Positions 1 through 9,587 of a stretch of DNA of 64,000 bases are shown here, one piece after another. Positions within the stretch are counted from its first letter, which is position 1. Every line of letters starts with the position of its first letter. Source of the DNA: a plasmid; sequence record NZ_CP024587.1, one strand, 5' to 3'. The notes below the pieces were generated by a model. That model worked only from the letters and a program-made list of their open reading frames with translations, did not search any database and was not told the origin of the DNA. A program made the translations under genes and the position numbers.

Positions 1-302
1 AACCCGCTGCGGCCGAGCTTGCGGGCCAGGCTCGCCAGATAGGCCGCGACGACCACCGGCTGGGCCGGCAGCGCGGCCACGCCGCCGGCGGCGCACCAGG
101 CGGCGAAGTCGGCCCAGTCGGCGGCATAGGCGCGCCTCGTGTTGTCGGCCAGCGCCCGGCCGGCGTAGCGCGCCGCCTCCGCCACCGCCTCGCCAACCGG
201 ACCGGTGAGCACGGCCAGCGCCTCCGGCGGCAGCGGCTCCCGCACCAGGCGCTGCACCGACCGGGGAAGATCGGAGGGCCAGTCGGCAGGCTGATCCGTC
301 AT
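1..302 (-). CDS. int: Tyrosine recombinase/integrase, N-terminal part only; the gene continues beyond the window start
   Basis: Reverse-strand translation from ATG (complement of 300-302) gives MTDQPADWPSDLPRSVQRLV...TRRAYAADWADFAAWCAAGG. The RRAYAxDxxxFxxW pattern is typical of the SAM-like N-domain of XerC/XerD-type integrases. The start overlaps the vapC stop (tcat at 299-302). Confidence 0.5.
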   Translation of the reverse strand, partial: MTDQPADWPSDLPRSVQRLVREPLPPEALAVLTGPVGEAVAEAARYAGRALADNTRRAYAADWADFAAWCAAGGVAALPAQPVVVAAYLASLARKLGRSG

Positions 303-721
303 GCGGCCTCCCACGGGTTCACCAGCGTGGCACCCAGCCCTTCGAAATCGGTCGTGTTCCGGGTAGCGAGGGTCGCGCCATGGGCCAATGCCATCCCCCC
401 GATCAGCGCATCGGCCAGAGCAATGGGCCGGCCCGCGGCCTCTCGCGCCGCGCGGGCCCGCGCATAACGGGCGACACAGCTCGCATCGAGAACCAGGATC
501 CGGTCCGCGAACCCCTCGGCGAGGAAACGTTCGAAGAGGCTCTCGAGACCGGCCCGGCGCTGCCCCTCCGGCAATCGCGCAAGCCCATAGCGGATTTCGG
601 CCACGACCAGACTGGGCAGGAACAGGGTTTCCAGGCGCTGGGCGGCGAGGAAGCGCCGCACCGCCGCATCCGGGCTGGCCCGCATGAGTTCCGAGACGAC
701 GTTGGTATCGAGCAGGATCAC
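299..721 (-). CDS. vapC: PIN-domain toxin VapC/FitB-like (type II TA)
   Basis: 140 aa beginning MILLDTNVVSELMR with conserved acidic residues later (D, TRNTTDF). Preceded by a small antitoxin gene with a 4-nt overlap. Confidence 0.85.
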   Translation of the reverse strand: MILLDTNVVSELMRASPDAAVRRFLAAQRLETLFLPSLVVAEIRYGLARLPEGQRRAGLESLFERFLAEGFADRILVLDASCVARYARARAAREAAGRPIALADALIGGMALAHGATLATRNTTDFEGLGATLVNPWEAA

Positions 722-978
722 CCTTCGTCCTCACCGAAGAGTGGCGGGCGGTCCCGCTCCGTGCCGCGGGGCGGCAGAACAAGGTCAAAGCCCCGCTCGG
801 CACCGAACAAGCGCTCGGCGATGGCAGGCAGGGTCTCGCTGCCCACGGTGTCCCGGGCCATGGCAGCGCGGAGAAGCTCGCGGGCCTCTTCCTCGACAGA
901 ACGCCGGTGCCGGCGGGCGCGGGCCTTGAGCTGCTCCCGCAACGCCTCGTCGACGTTCCGGATCAACAGGCTTGCCAT
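718..978 (-). CDS. vapB: Antitoxin VapB/FitA-like (plasmid stability StbC-like)
   Basis: 86 aa starting MASLLIRNVDEALREQLKARARRHRRSVEEEARELLR, which is RHH/SpoVT-like. Overlaps the vapC start. Confidence 0.7.
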   Translation of the reverse strand: MASLLIRNVDEALREQLKARARRHRRSVEEEARELLRAAMARDTVGSETLPAIAERLFGAERGFDLVLPPRGTERDRPPLFGEDEG

Positions 979-1290
979 GTCGTGCTTCTGCCCAATCCAG
1001 CCACGGACACTATGCTATCAAATGCTATCAAGCTGCACCAAACCCTTATGAGATCCGGCCGCCCTTCAGCCTTGTGGTCCCGGGCAGTTGCCATGCCCCA
1101 GAACCTCCTCGCAGCCTGCTGGCGTTGGTATGCTCGCCAAGGCTTCATCGGGGGCAGGAAACGAAAGCGCTCTCAGTGCCCGGCTTATGAGCACGCCGAG
1201 GAAATAGCGCTCAGGCGTCGATAGGCTTCCAGCCATGGCGGGCCCGGCTGCGTCGTAGAATCGAAAGAGAAATGGTCGCCGCGTGCTGGG

Positions 1291-1650
1291 TCATGGAGCG
1301 CCCTCTCTGGCGACCGTTGGCTGACCGAAGCCGAACACCCCGAAGAACAGCAGGGCCTGCTCCGCCAGCCAGTCCGCTGGTGCCTCGCCCAGCTTGCCGG
1401 CGATGACCGAGCGATCCAGCGTTGCCAGCTTATCGAAGCGCACCACGGACAGGATCTTTAAGCCGGTCCCCGGACTGGCCGCGAGCGCTGCCATATCGGG
1501 GCCGGTGCGGGGCACGGAGGTGATGAAGCAGACCACGAGGTCGGTCCGCCGGTCATTGTCGCGTGAGACCACCAGCGCCGGGCGCCGCTTGTCGCCGGAC
1601 AGGTCGGTGAAAGGAAAGCGGGTGAGAACGATGCTGCCGAAAGCGAACAC
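1291..1650 (-). CDS. MazF/PemK-family endoribonuclease toxin
   Basis: 119 aa with FPFTDLSGDKRRPALVVS, the typical PemK/MazF N-terminal motif. Immediately downstream of a small acidic ORF. Confidence 0.7.
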   Translation of the reverse strand: MFAFGSIVLTRFPFTDLSGDKRRPALVVSRDNDRRTDLVVCFITSVPRTGPDMAALAASPGTGLKILSVVRFDKLATLDRSVIAGKLGEAPADWLAEQALLFFGVFGFGQPTVAREGAP

Positions 1651-1887
1651 CTAGCGCCGCGTCTCCACCAGGTCGTCATCCGAATATAGGTCGGGCTCAT
1701 CCCGCAGCCAGTCGAACGCCTTGCCGTCCTGAGCCATCCTGCCCATGGGAAGGGTCTCGTTCTCGGTGAACTCGACCACGACATGCACACGGACACCCCC
1801 AGGGATGCCACGCCGGGCGAGTTCCGCCGAGACGTCCCCAGCCGTGGCATCGAGAATGATCTGCGGCATCGATTGGCTCTCCTGCAA
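1651..1887 (-). CDS. Putative antitoxin partner of the MazF-like toxin
   Basis: 78 aa, acidic C-terminus (DEPDLYSDDDLVE), directly abutting the toxin gene. Family not recognised. Confidence 0.45.
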   Translation of the reverse strand: MQESQSMPQIILDATAGDVSAELARRGIPGGVRVHVVVEFTENETLPMGRMAQDGKAFDWLRDEPDLYSDDDLVETRR

Positions 1888-2015
1888 GCCCCGGGATTCT
1901 AGCGGTTCCGGCCCGGGTCGTCTTGCCTGATGAGCGACGACGATCTCCGGAGAAGACCATGCTGGAGCTGTTTAGCCTTCCACTCGAAATAGGGCAACTG
2001 CCAGTTCCTCAATCA

Positions 2016-2048
2016 TCAGGCACGATAATAGATGCTTATCGTGCCTGA
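2016..2048. promoter_or_regulatory. Perfect 13-bp inverted repeat TCAGGCACGATAA-N7-TTATCGTGCCTGA in a lower-GC intergenic region; candidate operator
   Basis: Read directly. Lies about 130 bp upstream of the mazE-like start, between the divergently arranged TA operon and the RHH gene. Confidence 0.4.
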
Positions 2049-2447
2049 TAATCGGATAACACATTGTTGTCGCGAGATAGATGGCGCCATCCACCGGCAG
2101 CAGTCCTCGCACCCAGCATCCCATCACGAAGACAGAAGCAGCCATCCCGGCAGAGGCAGGATCGTGGCACATCCTTCTGCCTTCCGCCGGTGGGAATGGC
2201 GGCGCGGCCCCCGATTTTTCCTGTTCCCGTTCGCATCGCGCGGTTCCAGAGCTTGGAGCCGTCGCCGCGAGAGCACAGCACAATGGGTGGATCGGCCGCA
2301 GCGAGGTACGACGAGGTTCCTGGCCCTTCCTGGCTGGCTCGGGCATGCTTCCAGGTGCCAGCACCAACCCCGTATGCCCCCCGCCCCGGGGCAGGAGCCC
2401 CTTGGAACACCAGGATGGTCCGTCCCCTGACCGACAGAACCGCAAGC

Positions 2448-2801
2448 ATGGGAAAGCTCGATACCCCTCTGCCGGCAAACTACCTGAGCGCCATCCAGCA
2501 GCTGGTCGACAAGCGCAACGCCCAGGCCATGCAGGAACAGAAGCGTTTCTTCGCACGCGATCTGCACGAGGAAGCGCTCGCGGAGCTGATCCAGCGTGCC
2601 GAGGCGGGCGAGCCAATCATCTTCATGGCCACCCCCGCCTCCAGGGCCTCCCGCAGAACTTTGTGGGTCGATGAGAAGCTCAAGGCCGGAGTGGATCACC
2701 TGGCCATGCTGCATGGCGTCACCCGCTCGGCAGTGGTCTGGACCGCCTTGCACGGTTATCTGGAACGCCGGGACGCCCTGCGAGGGGCAATCGCCGCCTA
2801 G
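2448..2801 (+). CDS. Ribbon-helix-helix (CopG/Arc-like) DNA-binding protein, function unknown
   Basis: 117 aa from MGKLDTPLPANYLS. The C-terminal VWVDEKLKAGVDHLAMLHGVTRSAVVWTALHGYLERR has RHH character. The upstream part of the same long frame lacks a convincing start. Confidence 0.4.
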   Translation: MGKLDTPLPANYLSAIQQLVDKRNAQAMQEQKRFFARDLHEEALAELIQRAEAGEPIIFMATPASRASRRTLWVDEKLKAGVDHLAMLHGVTRSAVVWTALHGYLERRDALRGAIAA

Positions 2802-3112
2802 AATACTATTTTGCGGAGTTTTACGGCTGGACTTTGGCCAGCATATGCCCGCAATGTCCACCGTCCGGACTCGTCACCCGACGTTTGCGGACATTCCTTC
2901 CACCGTCCTGTGAGGACCCAACCCATAGCGCGCTGAAAAGCAAAACGGCCGGTGCCTGCAAGCACCAGCCGTATCGCACTGAAAACTCTGGATTGGGCCA
3001 AAAATGTCTGACCCCAATCTAGAAACGGGCTCACCCTTCGTCAAGCGACACTTCGCCTGACAACGGGAGAGCCTTGTCGACGGTGCGGCTGCGCGCTCGC
3101 GAGGAGCGAGCC

Positions 3113-4441
3113 ATGTCGAGTTCGGATTCCGACCCCCCGGCCCCACCCCGGCCCACCGGCCGGCGCCGCGTCACCCCGGCGCAGATCCGCAACACCGCGG
3201 ACCTCACCGGCCGCATCGAGGCGGTCAGCCATGTGCGGGTGCTGGCGGTGTTCAAGCGGGTCTTCCCGCTGCTGGGCCTGGACGAGCGCCTGCGCACGCT
3301 GATCGACGTGCTGTTCCGCTACACCACGGCACAGGACTGGAACGGCGAGGGACTGCCGATCGTCTGGCCCGGCCGCTGGCAGCTGATGCGCGACCTCGGC
3401 CTCGGCCTGCGGGCGGTGCAGTACCACCTCGCTTTGGCGCTGGAGGCCGGGCTGATCGTCTCGCACGAGCAGGGCGGCGGGCAGCACTGGGGCATGCGGG
3501 ATGCGGAGGGACGCATCATCCGGGCCTCGGGCTTCAGCCTGGCGCCGCTGGCCGAGCGGCTGCCCGCCTGGGAGCGGCTGCTGGAGGTGCAGCGGCAGGA
3601 AGCGGCCGAGGCGGCGCGGCTGCGGCGCGAATGCGGCTTCCTGCGGCGGCGGACGCTGGAGCTGACGGCGCTGGGCCAGGCGCGCGAGCTGCCCGGTTCC
3701 GACTGGCTGGCGGTGGAACGGGAGGCCGAGGCCCTCACCCTCCAGAGCCGCCGCCTGGACGATCCGCGTCCCCTGGCCCCCATCGCCGGTCGGCTGCGCC
3801 TGTTGCTGGACGAGACCGAGCGCCTGATCCGGGCGGCCATCCCTGCGGATCACGGGGAGGATTCACCCCACGGTGCAACCTTGGTTCACCCCATTACAAC
3901 TACAAACCACCCCTCTATCGCTAAAGCGATTGCACCCGTCGCCTGCGGCCATGCTCAGGAGGCAGGAGCAGGCGGAACCGGATCGCAGGAGCGGTCGGCC
4001 ACGGAAGCGGTGGCAAAGGGAGCAGGAGGCGAGTCAGGACAGCCGGCGGTGCTGCGCGGCTTCCCGATGACGCCGGAGGTGCTGCTCCACCTCGTCCCGG
4101 GCCTGCGGGACCGGAGCCGCCGCGTGCCGGCCTCATGGCGCGATACCTGGGTGCTGGCCAGCGATGCCGGCGCCGAGATCGGCATCTCGAAACACGCCCG
4201 GCTGCACGCATTGAACCTGCTGGGCCAGCAGGGCGGCGCTGTGGCGCTGGGCACCGTGCTGGCCAAGCACGAGGCTGGCCTGATCCGTAATCCTGGCGGC
4301 TACCTGCGGCGGATGCTGGAGAAACACCAGGAGGGCGACCTGCATCTGGATCGGACTCTGCACGGGCTGGCCGATACTGTGGGCCGGACCGGTACGCCGA
4401 CTCGGGCATCGGGCGCGGCGGGATCCGTCATGCGACCGTGA
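3113..4441 (+). CDS. repA: RepA-like replication initiator / wHTH protein of alphaproteobacterial ICEs and plasmids
   Basis: ATG at 3113 has a GAGGAG RBS. The alternative TTG at 3074 is less likely. Sits downstream of an AT-rich region with short repeats, and its position beside the partition genes fits a replication/maintenance module. Homology is a recollection, not checked. Confidence 0.45.
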   Translation: MSSSDSDPPAPPRPTGRRRVTPAQIRNTADLTGRIEAVSHVRVLAVFKRVFPLLGLDERLRTLIDVLFRYTTAQDWNGEGLPIVWPGRWQLMRDLGLGLRAVQYHLALALEAGLIVSHEQGGGQHWGMRDAEGRIIRASGFSLAPLAERLPAWERLLEVQRQEAAEAARLRRECGFLRRRTLELTALGQARELPGSDWLAVEREAEALTLQSRRLDDPRPLAPIAGRLRLLLDETERLIRAAIPADHGEDSPHGATLVHPITTTNHPSIAKAIAPVACGHAQEAGAGGTGSQERSATEAVAKGAGGESGQPAVLRGFPMTPEVLLHLVPGLRDRSRRVPASWRDTWVLASDAGAEIGISKHARLHALNLLGQQGGAVALGTVLAKHEAGLIRNPGGYLRRMLEKHQEGDLHLDRTLHGLADTVGRTGTPTRASGAAGSVMRP

Positions 4442-4550
4442 TCGGCTGAGGGTGAGGATTCACCGCGCCCCGCAACGTCCTGACGCACGGGCTTTGAACA
4501 GGTCGTGTAGCCGCCCGACCAGGCCGTGCTGTCACGAAACCGGGCACAAG

Positions 4551-4565
4551 GTTCTTGTTATGTTC
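4551..4565. promoter_or_regulatory. Alphaproteobacterial LexA (SOS) box GTTC-N7-GTTC
   Basis: GTTCttgttatGTTC read directly, 26 bp upstream of the 77-aa ORF that heads the imuB-dnaE2 operon. imuAB-dnaE2 cassettes are classically LexA-controlled. Confidence 0.55.
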
Positions 4566-4590
4566 TGGATTCGCCAGATAGCTTGCCGGC

Positions 4591-4824
4591 ATGTCCGACG
4601 AGCGTCCCAACGAATCCAGCGGCAATCCGCTGACCCCCGCGCGGCCGGAGGAGGTGGCCGAGGCCCTGTCCTACGCTCTGCGCTACGACGAGCGCGGCCG
4701 GCCGCGACCGCATGGCGGCGAGATGATCGCGGATCTGGCGGCCCAGCACCTGGCCCGCCATCTGGAGCGGGCCGGCTTCGTGCTGATGAAGCGCCCGCCC
4801 GGTCGGCCGCACCATGTCGGCTGA
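4591..4824 (+). CDS. Small protein in the position normally held by imuA, translationally coupled to imuB
   Basis: 77 aa. Its stop overlaps the imuB ATG (ATGTCGGCTGA). No RecA/SulA-like fold is evident at this length. Confidence 0.35.
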   Translation: MSDERPNESSGNPLTPARPEEVAEALSYALRYDERGRPRPHGGEMIADLAAQHLARHLERAGFVLMKRPPGRPHHVG

Positions 4825-6331
4825 CCTGGAGCACGCCCGTCGCGTCGTCGCGCTGCGGCTGCCCTGGCTGGCCGTGGATGCGCTGCGGCGGCGAGCGCCG
4901 GATCTCGCTGGCCAGCCGGTCGCGACCTGGCAGGCCGTGGGCAACCGGCGGGTGCTGGTCTGCGCCGATGCCCCGCCCCTGCGGGCCGGGCAGTCGCTGG
5001 CCGATGCCCGGGCCATGCTGCCCGACCTCGTGCTGCGCCCCGCCGATACCGCCGGCGAGGCCGATCTGCTGCGCCGCCTCGCGACCTGTGCGCTGCGCTT
5101 CACGCCGGCCGTGGCGCTGGATGCTCCGGATGGGCTGATCCTCGACGTTACCGGCGCCACCAGCCTGTTCGGCGGCGAGACCGCCCTGCTGGCGACGCTG
5201 GAGGAGGGCTTCCGGCGAGCGGGCTACCGGGTGCGGGTCGCGATGGCCGGCAATGCCGATGCCGCCGCCGCCCTCGTCCAGGCCGGGTACCACGGCACCG
5301 TGGTGGCACCGGGCGAGGATGCCACGGCGCTGGACCCGCTACCGGTCGCGGCCCTCCGCTTGCCCGCCGGCGTCGCGGGCGGCCTGGCCCGGCTCGGGCT
5401 GCGGAGCGTGGGCGCGGTGCTGCGTCAGCCTCGGGCGCCGCTGGCCCGGCGCTTCGGGCGGCCGCTGCTCGATGCGCTGGACTTCGCCACCGGCGCCAGG
5501 GTCCGGCCTCTGCAGCTGATCCAGCCGCCGCCGGACTTCTCCGCCGCTCAGACCTTCCTGGAGCCCATCGTCACCCGCCCGGCGATCGACCGCGCCGTGG
5601 ACACGCTGCTGGAGGAGTTGTGCGGCGCGCTGACTGAGGCAGGCCGCGGCGCCCGCCGCCTGAGCCTGCTGACCTTCCGCGTCGACGGCGACGTGCAGGA
5701 GGTGGCGGTCGGCGTGGGCCAGGCCAGCCGCGCCCCGGCCCATCTGCGCCGGCTCTTCGTCGAGCCGCTGGGGCGGCTGGAGCCCGATTTGGGCTTCGAC
5801 CGCTTCGTGCTGCGCGCCACGGAGACCAACCCGCTCGCGGGAAGGCAGATGGCGACCGTCCTGGGCGGCGCGGAGGCGAATGGTGACCAGGAGACAGTGC
5901 TGTCGGAGCTGCTCGACCGGCTGAGCCAGCGCGTGATGCTGTGGCGTCCCAGCCCGACCGGTAGCCACTGGCCGGAGCGGGCGGTGGTCCCGGCCAATCC
6001 CTTCGTGCCGGCCATGGCGGCGCCCGAGGGCTGGGGCGAGCGGCGGCGGCCGGTGCGGCTGCTCGACCGGCCGCGCGAGCTGACGGTGATCGCCGAGGTT
6101 CCGGACGGCCCGCCGGCGCAGTTGCGCCTGGACGGGCGCGTGCACCGGGTGCGGCACGCGGCCGGCCCGGAGCGGCTGGAGCCGGAATGGTGGGGCGAGA
6201 CACACGACCGTCCCCGCCGGGACTACTTCCGGGTGCTGACCGGGACGGGGGAGCGGCTCTGGCTCTGCCGCCTCGGGGTGGACGGGCCCACGGCACCCGC
6301 GCGCTGGTTCCTGCACGGCTACCTGGCGTGA
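4814..6331 (+). CDS. imuB: ImuB, Y-family polymerase-like component of the mutagenesis cassette
   Basis: 505 aa. DinB-like N-terminal layout and gene order immediately upstream of dnaE2. An 8-bp gap separates it from dnaE2. Confidence 0.8.
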   Translation: MSADLEHARRVVALRLPWLAVDALRRRAPDLAGQPVATWQAVGNRRVLVCADAPPLRAGQSLADARAMLPDLVLRPADTAGEADLLRRLATCALRFTPAVALDAPDGLILDVTGATSLFGGETALLATLEEGFRRAGYRVRVAMAGNADAAAALVQAGYHGTVVAPGEDATALDPLPVAALRLPAGVAGGLARLGLRSVGAVLRQPRAPLARRFGRPLLDALDFATGARVRPLQLIQPPPDFSAAQTFLEPIVTRPAIDRAVDTLLEELCGALTEAGRGARRLSLLTFRVDGDVQEVAVGVGQASRAPAHLRRLFVEPLGRLEPDLGFDRFVLRATETNPLAGRQMATVLGGAEANGDQETVLSELLDRLSQRVMLWRPSPTGSHWPERAVVPANPFVPAMAAPEGWGERRRPVRLLDRPRELTVIAEVPDGPPAQLRLDGRVHRVRHAAGPERLEPEWWGETHDRPRRDYFRVLTGTGERLWLCRLGVDGPTAPARWFLHGYLA

Positions 6332-6338
6332 GGCTCCG

Positions 6339-9300
6339 ATGTCCCCCGCCTATGCCGAGCTCGGGTGCCGCTCGAACTTCACGCTGCTCGACGGCGCCTC
6401 GCACCCGCAGGAGCTGGTGGCCACGGCCGCGGCCCTTGGCCATGCCGGGCTGGGGCTCTGCGACACCAACTCCCTGGCCGGGGTGGTGCGCGGGCATGTC
6501 GCGGCGCGCGAGTTCGACCTGCCTTATGTCGTGGGCTGCCGGCTGCGGCTGGACGACGGCGCCGAGTACCTGGCCTGGCCCACCGACCGGACGTCCTACG
6601 GCCGTCTGACGCGGCTGCTCTCGCTCGGCCGGATGCGCTCACCCAAGGGCGAATGCGCCATCACCCGCGAGGAGATGCTGGCCCACGCACCGGGCTGGTG
6701 CCTCGCCGCCGTGTCGCCCCTCCGCCCCGACCTCGCCTTCGCCGATCGGCTGCAGGCCGATGCCCGGGCGCTGCGCGGCGTGCTGGCCCTGCCGCTGCTC
6801 TGCACCGCCACGGTGCGCTTCGACGACATCGACGAGGACCGGCTGGAGGCGCTGGCCGAGATGACGGCGGTGACCGGCACCGGCCTGCTCGCCACCAACG
6901 ACGTGCGCTACCACGCTCCCGGGCGCCGTCCCCTCGCCGACGTGCTGACGGCGATTCGCCTCGGCCGCCCCGTCGACCGCCTCGGACAGGCCGCCGAGCC
7001 CAACGCCGAGCGGCACCTCAAGCCGCCCGCCGAGATGGCGCGGCTGTTCCGCGATCATCCGGACGCCCTGCGCAGCACCCTGCGCGTGCTCGACGCGTGC
7101 CAGGGCTTCTCCCTCTCCCAACTCCGGCACGAGTACCCCGACGAGATCCTGGAGCCCGGCCGCACGCCGCAGCAGACGCTGGCCGTGCGGGTGGCCGAGG
7201 CCGCGACGGCGCGCTTTCCGCGCGGCGTGTCATCCGACATCCAGGCGCGCCTTGACCACGAGCTCGCCCTGATCGGGCAGCTGGACTACGCGCCCTACTT
7301 CCTGACCGTGGACGAGGTGGTGCGCTTCGCGCGGGGACGCGGCATTCTCTGCCAGGGGCGCGGCTCGGCCGCCAACTCCTCGGTCTGCTACGTGCTGGGC
7401 ATCACCGCGGTCGATCCCTCCAAACACGACCTGCTGTTCGAACGCTTCCTCTCGGCCGAGCGGGCCGAGCCGCCCGACATCGACGTCGACTTCGAGCATG
7501 AGCGCCGCGAGGAGGTGATCCAGTTCCTCTACCGCCGCTATGGGCGCGACCGCGCGGCCATCGTCGGCACGGTGATCCGCTTTCGCGGCCGCTCCGCCGT
7601 GCGCGAGGTCGGCAAGGTGCTCGGGCTGTCGGAGGACGTCACCGGCCGGCTGGCCAAGGCCAGCTGGGGGCCAGGGCGGGACGACAGCCTGGTCGAGATC
7701 GCCGCGGCCGAGGGGCTGGACCTCGCCGACCGCCGACTGCGCCTCGCCCTGGAGCTGGCGGAGGAGATCCAGGACTTCCCCCGGCATCTGGCCACCCATG
7801 TCGGCGGCTTCGTCATCTCGCGCGGGCCGCTGATCGAGATGGCCGTCATTGGCAACGCCGCCATGGACGGGCGCACGGTGCTGGAGTGGGACAAGAACGA
7901 CGTCGAGGCGCTTGGCCTGCTCAAGGTCGACATCCTGGCGCTGGGCATGTTGTCCTGCCTGCGGCGTGGCTTCGAGCTGCTGCGCCGGCACCGCCTCGCC
8001 GATCTCGACCTGGCCGCCGTGCCGCGCGACTGCGATGAAACCTACGCCATGCTGCGCCGGGCGGACTCCCTGGGCGTGTTCCAGGTCGAGAGTCGGGCGC
8101 AGATGAACATGCTGCCGCGGCTGCGGCCGAGCCGCTTCTACGACCTGGTGGTGCAGGTCGCGTTGGTCCGGCCCGGGCCGATCCAGGGCGACATGGTGCA
8201 TCCCTACCTGCGCCGGCGCTGGGGGGACGAGGCACCGGTCTACCCCTCCCCCGCGCCGGAGCATGGGCCGCCCGACGAGCTGGAGAAGGTGCTCGGCCGC
8301 ACTCTGGGCGTGCCACTGTTCCAGGAGCAGGCGATGCGGGTCGCCATCGTGGCGGCCGGCTTCTCCCCCGGTGAAGCCGACCAGCTCCGCCGTGCCATGG
8401 CGACCTTCAAATACACCCAGGGTGTTGCGGTGTATCGCGACAGGCTGGTCGGCGGCATGGTCCGTCGCGGCTACGACCCCGAGCTCGCCGAACGGGTGTT
8501 CAAGCAGATCGAGGGCTTCGGCAGCTACGGCTTTCCCGAGAGCCATGCCGCCTCCTTCGCCCACCTGGCCTACGCCTCGGCCTGGCTGAAATGCCACCAC
8601 CCGGCGGTGTTCGCCGCAGCACTGCTGAACAGCCAGCCGATGGGCTTCTACGCCCCGGCGCAGATCGTGCGCGACGCGCAACAGCACCGGGTGGTGGTGC
8701 GGCGACTGGACGTGAACGAGAGCCAATGGGACTGCACTCTGGAGCCAGAAGCTCGCAGCGCCGAGGGCCTGGCGCTGCGGCTGGGCCTGCGGCTGGCCGA
8801 GGGACTGGCGGCCGAGGACGGCAAGCGCGTGGCCGAGGCAAGGCGCGCGGGCAACGGCAGCCCCTTCGCCTCGGTCGACGAGGTGGTGCGCCGGGCGGGC
8901 GTCCCCCGGCGGGCGATCGAGGCGCTGGCCGCGGCGGATGGCTTCGCGGGCATGGGACTGGATCGCCGGACGGCCCTCTGGGACGCCAGGGGAGTCGAGA
9001 ACGATACCCCTCCCCTGCTGCGCCTCGCCGGCCAGGCAGCGGCGGCCGGCGAGCCGCCGCTGCTGTCCGAACCCTCCTCTGCCCTGCCGGCCGAGGACGA
9101 TGGGCAAGCGATGATGCTGGACTACGTTGCGACGGGCCTGAGCCTGCGACAGCATCCGCTCGCCCTGCTGCGGCCGAGGCTGCAAGCGCTGGGCTGCCGC
9201 ACGACGCGGGACCTGGACAGCCTGCGCGGCGGCGCCCGGATCCGGCTCGCCGGCCTGGTGCTGATGCGTCAGCGGCCCGGCACGGCCAAGGGCATCGTCT

Positions 9301-9581
9301 TTGTCACGGTGGAGGACGAGCACGGCACCGCCAACCTCGTCGTCTACGCCGACATCGCTGCACGCGACCGCGCTGCCCTGATCGGGGCCCGGCTGCTGCT
9401 GGTGGAGGGACGGATCGAGCGTGAGGCCGAGCGGGCCGAGGTGCCGGTCATCCACCTGATCTGCCGCCGATTGGAGGACCGCTCCGACTTGCTCAGAGGC
9501 CTTATGGATGACGATTTCAGCGGTCAAAGGCCCCCGGCTCAATCACCCAAAGGCATGCCAGCAAGCCGGGACTTTCGGTAA
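6339..9581 (+). CDS. dnaE2: Error-prone DNA polymerase DnaE2 (ImuC)
   Basis: 1080 aa. N-terminal PHP domain (MSPAYAELGCRSNFTLLDGAS...) and PolIIIalpha core motifs. The length is typical of DnaE2 rather than DnaE1. Confidence 0.9.
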   Translation: MSPAYAELGCRSNFTLLDGASHPQELVATAAALGHAGLGLCDTNSLAGVVRGHVAAREFDLPYVVGCRLRLDDGAEYLAWPTDRTSYGRLTRLLSLGRMRSPKGECAITREEMLAHAPGWCLAAVSPLRPDLAFADRLQADARALRGVLALPLLCTATVRFDDIDEDRLEALAEMTAVTGTGLLATNDVRYHAPGRRPLADVLTAIRLGRPVDRLGQAAEPNAERHLKPPAEMARLFRDHPDALRSTLRVLDACQGFSLSQLRHEYPDEILEPGRTPQQTLAVRVAEAATARFPRGVSSDIQARLDHELALIGQLDYAPYFLTVDEVVRFARGRGILCQGRGSAANSSVCYVLGITAVDPSKHDLLFERFLSAERAEPPDIDVDFEHERREEVIQFLYRRYGRDRAAIVGTVIRFRGRSAVREVGKVLGLSEDVTGRLAKASWGPGRDDSLVEIAAAEGLDLADRRLRLALELAEEIQDFPRHLATHVGGFVISRGPLIEMAVIGNAAMDGRTVLEWDKNDVEALGLLKVDILALGMLSCLRRGFELLRRHRLADLDLAAVPRDCDETYAMLRRADSLGVFQVESRAQMNMLPRLRPSRFYDLVVQVALVRPGPIQGDMVHPYLRRRWGDEAPVYPSPAPEHGPPDELEKVLGRTLGVPLFQEQAMRVAIVAAGFSPGEADQLRRAMATFKYTQGVAVYRDRLVGGMVRRGYDPELAERVFKQIEGFGSYGFPESHAASFAHLAYASAWLKCHHPAVFAAALLNSQPMGFYAPAQIVRDAQQHRVVVRRLDVNESQWDCTLEPEARSAEGLALRLGLRLAEGLAAEDGKRVAEARRAGNGSPFASVDEVVRRAGVPRRAIEALAAADGFAGMGLDRRTALWDARGVENDTPPLLRLAGQAAAAGEPPLLSEPSSALPAEDDGQAMMLDYVATGLSLRQHPLALLRPRLQALGCRTTRDLDSLRGGARIRLAGLVLMRQRPGTAKGIVFVTVEDEHGTANLVVYADIAARDRAALIGARLLLVEGRIEREAERAEVPVIHLICRRLEDRSDLLRGLMDDDFSGQRPPAQSPKGMPASRDFR

Positions 9582-9587
9582 AGTCTG

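Noticed and set aside
2064-2447. Upstream 128 codons of the 245-aa frame containing the RHH protein
   Set aside because: Pro/Arg-rich low-complexity translation, no RBS, and it overlaps the palindromic operator region. The RHH domain with its own ATG at 2448 is the credible gene.
3074-3112. TTG start for RepA at 3074
   Set aside because: The ATG at 3113 has a canonical GAGGAG Shine-Dalgarno sequence, whereas 3074 would require a non-ATG start without an RBS.
7230-9542. 770-aa reverse-strand ORF antisense to dnaE2. Similar long antisense ORFs occur at 13902-16109 opposite uvrD, 26365-28689 and 30130-32265 opposite the MTase-helicase, 32457-35168 opposite the ParB-like gene, 53457-55868 opposite the relaxase, 61350-63974 opposite the T4CP, and 21207-22940 opposite ardC.
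   Set aside because: In roughly 70% GC DNA, stop-free antisense frames are expected. The sense-strand genes carry clear conserved motifs (PHP/PolIII, SF1 helicase, NPPF, relaxase His triad, Walker boxes) while the antisense translations are low-complexity Arg/Gly/Ala/Pro-rich.
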